Shown here piece by piece: positions 58,900 through 64,000 of a DNA stretch of 64,000 bases. The notes beneath the pieces are model-generated. The model did not search any database and was not told where the DNA came from. It saw only the letters and a program-made list of their open reading frames with translations. Position 1 is the stretch's first letter; the number at the start of each line of letters is the position of its first letter. The position numbers and the translations under genes were made by a program. The stretch is from Felis catus (taxonomy: Eukaryota), in contig NC_058369.1 in the NCBI RefSeq assembly GCF_018350175.1, positions 7,504,001 to 7,568,000 of the forward strand, written 5' to 3'.

Positions 58900-59655
58900 T
58901 TTAAAAAGCAATAAGGTTCACTTCACACACATTAGAACGACTGCTATAAATAAACCGCGCAAACAACACTCGAGAAAATAACAAGTGTTGGTGACAAGGT
59001 GAAGAAATTGGAAGGCTTGTGCACTGTCGGTGAGAATGTAAAATGGTACGGTCACTATGGAAAATAGCGTGATAGTTCCTCAAAAAACGAGACAGAATTA
59101 TCACGTGACTCAGCAGTTCCATTTCTGGGTGTGACCCCAAAGAACTGAAAGCAGGGTCTCAAGGAGATATTGGCACACCCACATTCATGGCAGCATGATT
59201 CACAACGGCCAAATGTGGAAGCAACCCCATCAACGGGTCCATCAACAGAAGACTGGATGAACACAATGAGGTACATCCACACGATGGAATGTTATTCAGC
59301 CTTAAAAAGGAAGTCAGTTCCAACACCTGCTACAACACGAATAAACCCCGAGAGCATTATACTCCGTGAAGTAAGCTAGACACGAAAGGACAGATACTGT
59401 AGGATTCCACTTGGATGAGGTCCCTAGAGGAGTCCCATTCACAGAGATAGGAAGTAGATGGTGGGCTCCAGGAGGGGGTGGGGAGTCAGTGTTTTGGGGG
59501 GACAGAGTCTCAGTTTGCAAGACATAATGCGTTCTGGAGATGGGTGGTAGGGAGGGCTGCACAACCACGAGAATGTACTTAACGCCACAGAACTGAACAC
59601 TTAAAAATGGTGAACATGGTAAATTTCGTGTTATGTATATTTTATCACAATTAAA
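58900..59655 (+). mobile_element. LINE-1 3'-end fragment (L1MB-like) downstream of RDH8
   Basis: ataacaagtgttggtgac...aaatggtacggtcactatggaaaatag...cacttaaaaatggtgaacatggtaaatttcgtgttatg. Confidence 0.8.
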
Positions 59656-60500
59656 ATTTTTATTTTTCATTATTTTTTATGTTTATTTATTTTTGACAGA
59701 GAGAGAGAGAGCGTGAGTGGGTGAGGGACAGAGAGAGAAGGAGACAGAAGATCTGAAGCGGGGTCTGGGCTGACAGAGGAGAGCCCCACGTGGGGTCAAA
59801 CTCATGAGCCATGAGAGATCATGACCTGAGCTGATGTCAGATACTTAACCGACTGAGTCACCCAGGCACCCTCACAGTTAAAAATTTTTAAAAAGCAGGA
59901 GCCTGCGGGGCGCCTGGGTGGCCCAGTCGGTTAAGCGGCCGACTTCGGCTCAGGTCATGGTCTCGCGGTCTGTGAGTTCGAGCCCCGCGTCGGGCTCTGT
60001 GCTGACAGCTCGGAGCCTGGAGCCTGTTTCAGATTCTGTGTCTCCCTCTCTCTCTCTGACCCTCCCCCATTCATGCTCTGTCTCTCTCTGTCTCAAAAAT
60101 AAATAAACGTTAAAAAAAAAAATAAAAAAAAAAAAAAAAAAGCAGGAGCCTGGGTGGCTCAGTTGGTTAAGCATCCGACCCATGATTTTGGCTCAGGTCA
60201 TGATCTTTTTTTTTTTTAATGTTTTATTTATTTTTGAGACAGAGAGAGACAGAGCATGAACGGGGGAGGGTCAGAGAGAGAGGGAGACACAGAATCTGAA
60301 GCAGTCTCCAGGCTCTGAGCCGTCAGCACAGAGCCCGAAGCAGGGCTCGAACTCACGGACCATGAGATCATGACCTGAGCCAAAGTCGGATGCTTAACCG
60401 ACTGAGCCACCCAGGCGCCCCTCAGGTCATGATCCTGTAGTTTATGAGTTTGAGTCCCACATCGGGCTTCACGCTCACAGTGTGGATGGAGCATGCTTGG

Positions 60501-60537
<37 letters not shown>

Positions 60538-60600
60538 CCTCTCTCTCTGCCCCTCCCCTGCTCTCTTGCTCTCTTAAAATAAATAAATAAACCTTAAAAA
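59655..60600. mobile_element. Cluster of four SINEs, two nested in an older host SINE
   Basis: SINE(-) 59655-59872; SINE(+) 59907-60140; host SINE(+) 60142-60205 and 60421-60600; SINE(-) 60206-60421; TSDs visible. Confidence 0.9.
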
Positions 60601-61974
60601 TGTTTTAAGCAATAAGGGTCCTACTGGAGCCCCCAAGAGAGTATTACCAAGTTTCTTGGTCCTCATGTGGAGAATTCGGAAGCAAATGGACTGACTCCGT
60701 GTTCAATGCTGATCCTGTTTCTTGTTCACTGGGTGACCCTGGGCAGGTGACGTGCTGGTGGCATCTCCCGGAGAGCAGAGCTAACGGCAACAGCACCGAA
60801 ATGACAGGAAGAGTCCCGCACGCTGGAGGTGGAGTCTTTGTGATGCTTCACGTCTGGCTACCACCCTGGAGGGCCAGGCCCCGGGCGAAGGGGTTTTCAT
60901 CAATGTTTGCTCCTGCAACCTTAGTAGACAGAGGCACTCAGAAGCTGCCCAGTTCATAAATGAGGAAACCGAGGCTGTCCAGAGCAGAGGGAGGGGCAGG
61001 AATCAAGCCTGGGTCTCTCCAACTCAGTCTGTGCTGACCTCCAGGGGCCTCTCGTAACATCTTCTAGGAAAAGGGAAACTGAGTCCAGGGCCCTCCACAC
61101 GTCTTTGAGTCAGAGATAATGGAGCTGCTTACTATTTTTTTCTCAAATGCGCCCCTCCTTTCCCCTCCCCGACATTGGATTTCTCAAGCGTGTTGGAAAT
61201 ACCTACAAAAGAATGTATGAAATTAGATCATGACGCCCGTTGCACAGCCTTGTGACTTGACCCAAACCACTGCATCTCACGCTTTAAAATGGCAGATTTC
61301 ACGGTATATGAATTACATCTCAATTTAAAATTTAAACACATTTTTAAAAAGAATATAAGGGGCACACGTGTGTAAAAAGGTCTTTGGGCTGCCTCAAGAG
61401 GTTCACCCAAGGTTTACATCAGCCGGTTTCCTCCACATCTAGTTTTTGGTTGTGTGGGGCTCTGCCGATAGGAGGCATCAGCGGGGGATGAGAGGCTGGG
61501 AGGAGAAAGGCCAGAGTATTTGTCTCCCCCCCCCCCACCAGAGCTCCCTCCATGGGGGCCATGGTCCCAGCTGAGGCCCCAGCTCCAGTGTCTAAGAGCC
61601 ACTCCCCCCTTGCCCCTTTCAGCTAAAGATGGTGATAGGACCCCCCAGAGGCCAGCAGAATGGCACTGCACTCCATAGGGCTACCCGCCTTCTGTCTCTA
61701 CTTTTGCAATTGTCCCTGTCTTCATGGAGCCCCAAATTACCCGCTTTGAGTGTACTACCTCTTTCCATCCGGGACTCTGACTGACATCATGCATGTGTGC
61801 AAAAGACCAGGGGAGCAAAACACATACACACGAGCCCACCATCAGACTCCACCATTAGAACATTATTGATATTTGATGCCTGTCTTACCCCAAGAGTCTC
61901 CACTGTCCTGAATTCTATGTCCAATATTCTCTTGTTTAAAAAAAAAACCCAAAAACTCCCTTAAATAACTAATT

Positions 61975-62191
61975 TTATTTATTTTTAAATTTTTCTTTAA
62001 CGTTTATTTATTTTTGAGACAGAGCATGAACGGGGGAGGGTCAGAGAGAGAGGGAGACACAGAATCCGAAACAGGCTCCAGGCTCTGAGCCGTCAGCACG
62101 GAGCCCGACGCGGGGCTCGAACTCACGGACCGTGAGATCATGACCTGAGCCAAAGTCGGCCGCTTAACTGACTGAGCCACCCAGGCGCCCC
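61975..62191 (-). mobile_element. SINEC
   Basis: T-rich tail, body, ccaggcgcccc. Confidence 0.9.
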
Positions 62192-62692
62192 AAATAAATT
62201 ATTTTAAAAGACAAATTTATCTTCTTGCCAACAAGGAAAAGCCATCAAAGTCACCGTGCGTGAAGCCAAACTCGACAGTTATTTACAGGTGGGGCATACA
62301 GTATTCCGAACCCCAGACTCATAGACCCCTGGTGTGAGAACATACCAGACCTTCTTCTCAGATTCCCCAGCAGCTACGGAAGTGAGCATGTGACCCCAAT
62401 TCCACTCAACAGATGTACAGGATTTAGAGTTGAGAACCCCCCCCCCCCAAAAGAGGAGGGATCAGGAAAGGGAGGTGGCAGGAGAGACGGGGCATTGACG
62501 GAAGTGTCAATGAAAGCCAGAGTTTCAGGTTGGATTCAGGAGGATTTAAGCTCCTGCCCTGCACCCCCACTTTGTCCCTGTCCATCTTCGAAGGCTGGTG
62601 ATTTCATTAGCCCCCAGCATCCAACCGGGTAAATTGCTTTGCAGCTTAAATCACCCTGAGCCAGTTTCTGTTGCATATAAAGAAGAATCACC

Positions 62693-62916
62693 GGGGCGCC
62701 TGGGTGGCGCAGTCGGTTAAGCGTCCGACTTCAGCCAGGTCACGATCTCGCGGTCCGGGAGTTCGAGCCCCGCGTCGGGCTCTGGGCTGATGGCTCAGAG
62801 CCTGGAGCCTGTTTCCGATTCTGTGTCTCCCTCTCTCTCTGCCCCTCCCCCGTTCATGCTCTGTCTCTCTCTGTCCCAAAAATAAATAAACGTTGAAAAA
62901 AAAATTTAAAAAAAAA
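62693..62916 (+). mobile_element. Young felid SINE with perfect 14-bp TSD
   Basis: TSD aaagaagaatcacc at 62679-62692 and 62914-62927. Confidence 0.93.
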
Positions 62917-63371
62917 GAAGAATCACCACCAATCCAGATGGCAACATAAAAGCAAAAGCAGAGTGTGTGTTTTGGGGCAGGGACTGTTACTACACTTTAG
63001 CTGGATGCTATTGCTTACAACAGAAATAGGCCGACGTTCAGAAGGTGTTGACGCACTAACCCTTGGTTCTCGATTTCTGCGCTCACACCTGCCCCTCTGT
63101 CCTCTCTCCCCATCTTAGCAGAGGGAAGTCTGTTCTGATGGCTCACGCCAAAACTCTCGGAGTCATCATACCTCACAGCTAATCAGATCTTGCTCACTTG
63201 ACCTGTAAAATATATTCAAATATATCCAACCAACCGTTTTGCAACACCTTCTGGGCCCCCACCCTAGTCCAACCACCATCATTTCTCACCTGGAGCGTTG
63301 CACCAGCCCCCTCCCCGCTTCTGCACTCGCTCCCCCTACAGTCCATTCTCCACGCAACAGCCCAGAGGAAC

Positions 63372-64000
63372 TTTAAATTATTTTTTTAACGTTTATTCAC
63401 CTTTGAGAGAGAGAGACAGAGCATGAGCGGGGAAGGGGCAGAGAGAGGGAGACACAGAATCCGAAGCAGGTTCCAGGCTCCAAGCTGTCAGCACAGAGCC
63501 CGAGGCGGGGCTTGAACTCACGAACCGCGAGATCATGACCTGAGCTGAAGTCGGATGCTCAACCAACTGAGCCACCCAGGCGCCCCCCACCCCAGAGGAT
63601 GTTTAAAATCAGCTTTTGACTAGCTAAAATGCTCAGTGCTTTAAAAAAATCAATATATATGTGCATATATATATATTTAATTTTTTTTAAGTAGGCTCAA
63701 TGCCCAACGTGGGGCTTGAACTCACAACCCTGAGATTGAGAGTCACATGCTCTACTGACTGAGTCAGCCAGGCACACCTGAAAGAATACTTTAAAAAACA
63801 ATTCTCCTAAGGGCGCCTGGGTGGCTCAGTCAGTTGGGCGTCCAATTTCGGCACAGGTCATGATCTCACAGCTTATGGATTTGAGCCCTGCATCGGGCTC
63901 TCTGCTGTCAGCACAGAGCCTGCTTCAGATCCTCTTCCCCCCCCCACCTCTGCCCCTCCCCTGCTCATGTTCTTTCTCTCCCCCTCTCTCAAAAATAAAT
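63372..64000. mobile_element. Three SINEs (63372-63588 minus, 63675-63778 minus short, 63811-64000 plus)
   Basis: Recognisable SINE heads and tails; first flanked by cccagagga. Confidence 0.85.

Noticed and set aside
60600..64000. Possible additional gene downstream of RDH8
   Set aside because: Only SINE, L1, L2 and LTR-like remnants visible; no supportable exon.

Overview
Mammalian (felid, cat-like, judged from its SINEC_Fc-type carnivore SINEs) GC-rich genomic DNA, not prokaryotic. It matches the conserved OLFM2-COL5A3-RDH8 gene order. It holds the first coding exon and CpG-island promoter of OLFM2 (minus, 1211-1288). It holds the complete COL5A3 gene (minus, CDS 15811-50753): I walked 67 GT-AG exons by hand, totalling 5244 nt = 1747 aa + stop, frame intact. 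It holds the complete RDH8 gene (plus, 6 exons, 52868-58300, 312 aa), divergent from COL5A3 across about 2.1 kb. The rest is about 20 SINEs, old L1/L2/MIR/LTR/DNA fragments, microsatellites and cryptic minisatellites. I found no new gene system. Best leads: a near-consensus REST/RE1 site and a candidate internal promoter/alternative first exon in COL5A3 intron 1; a MIR-derived duplicated cluster of CRX-type sites in RDH8 intron 1; an out-of-frame overlapping uORF at the RDH8 start; a (CCG)6(CTG)7 coding repeat in the OLFM2 signal peptide; a NAGNAG acceptor at the COL5A3 signal-peptide junction; three miR-29 seed sites; and a doubly nested, inverted SINE cluster. Comparisons with human sequence are from memory and need alignment. 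Old-repeat boundaries and subfamilies are approximate.
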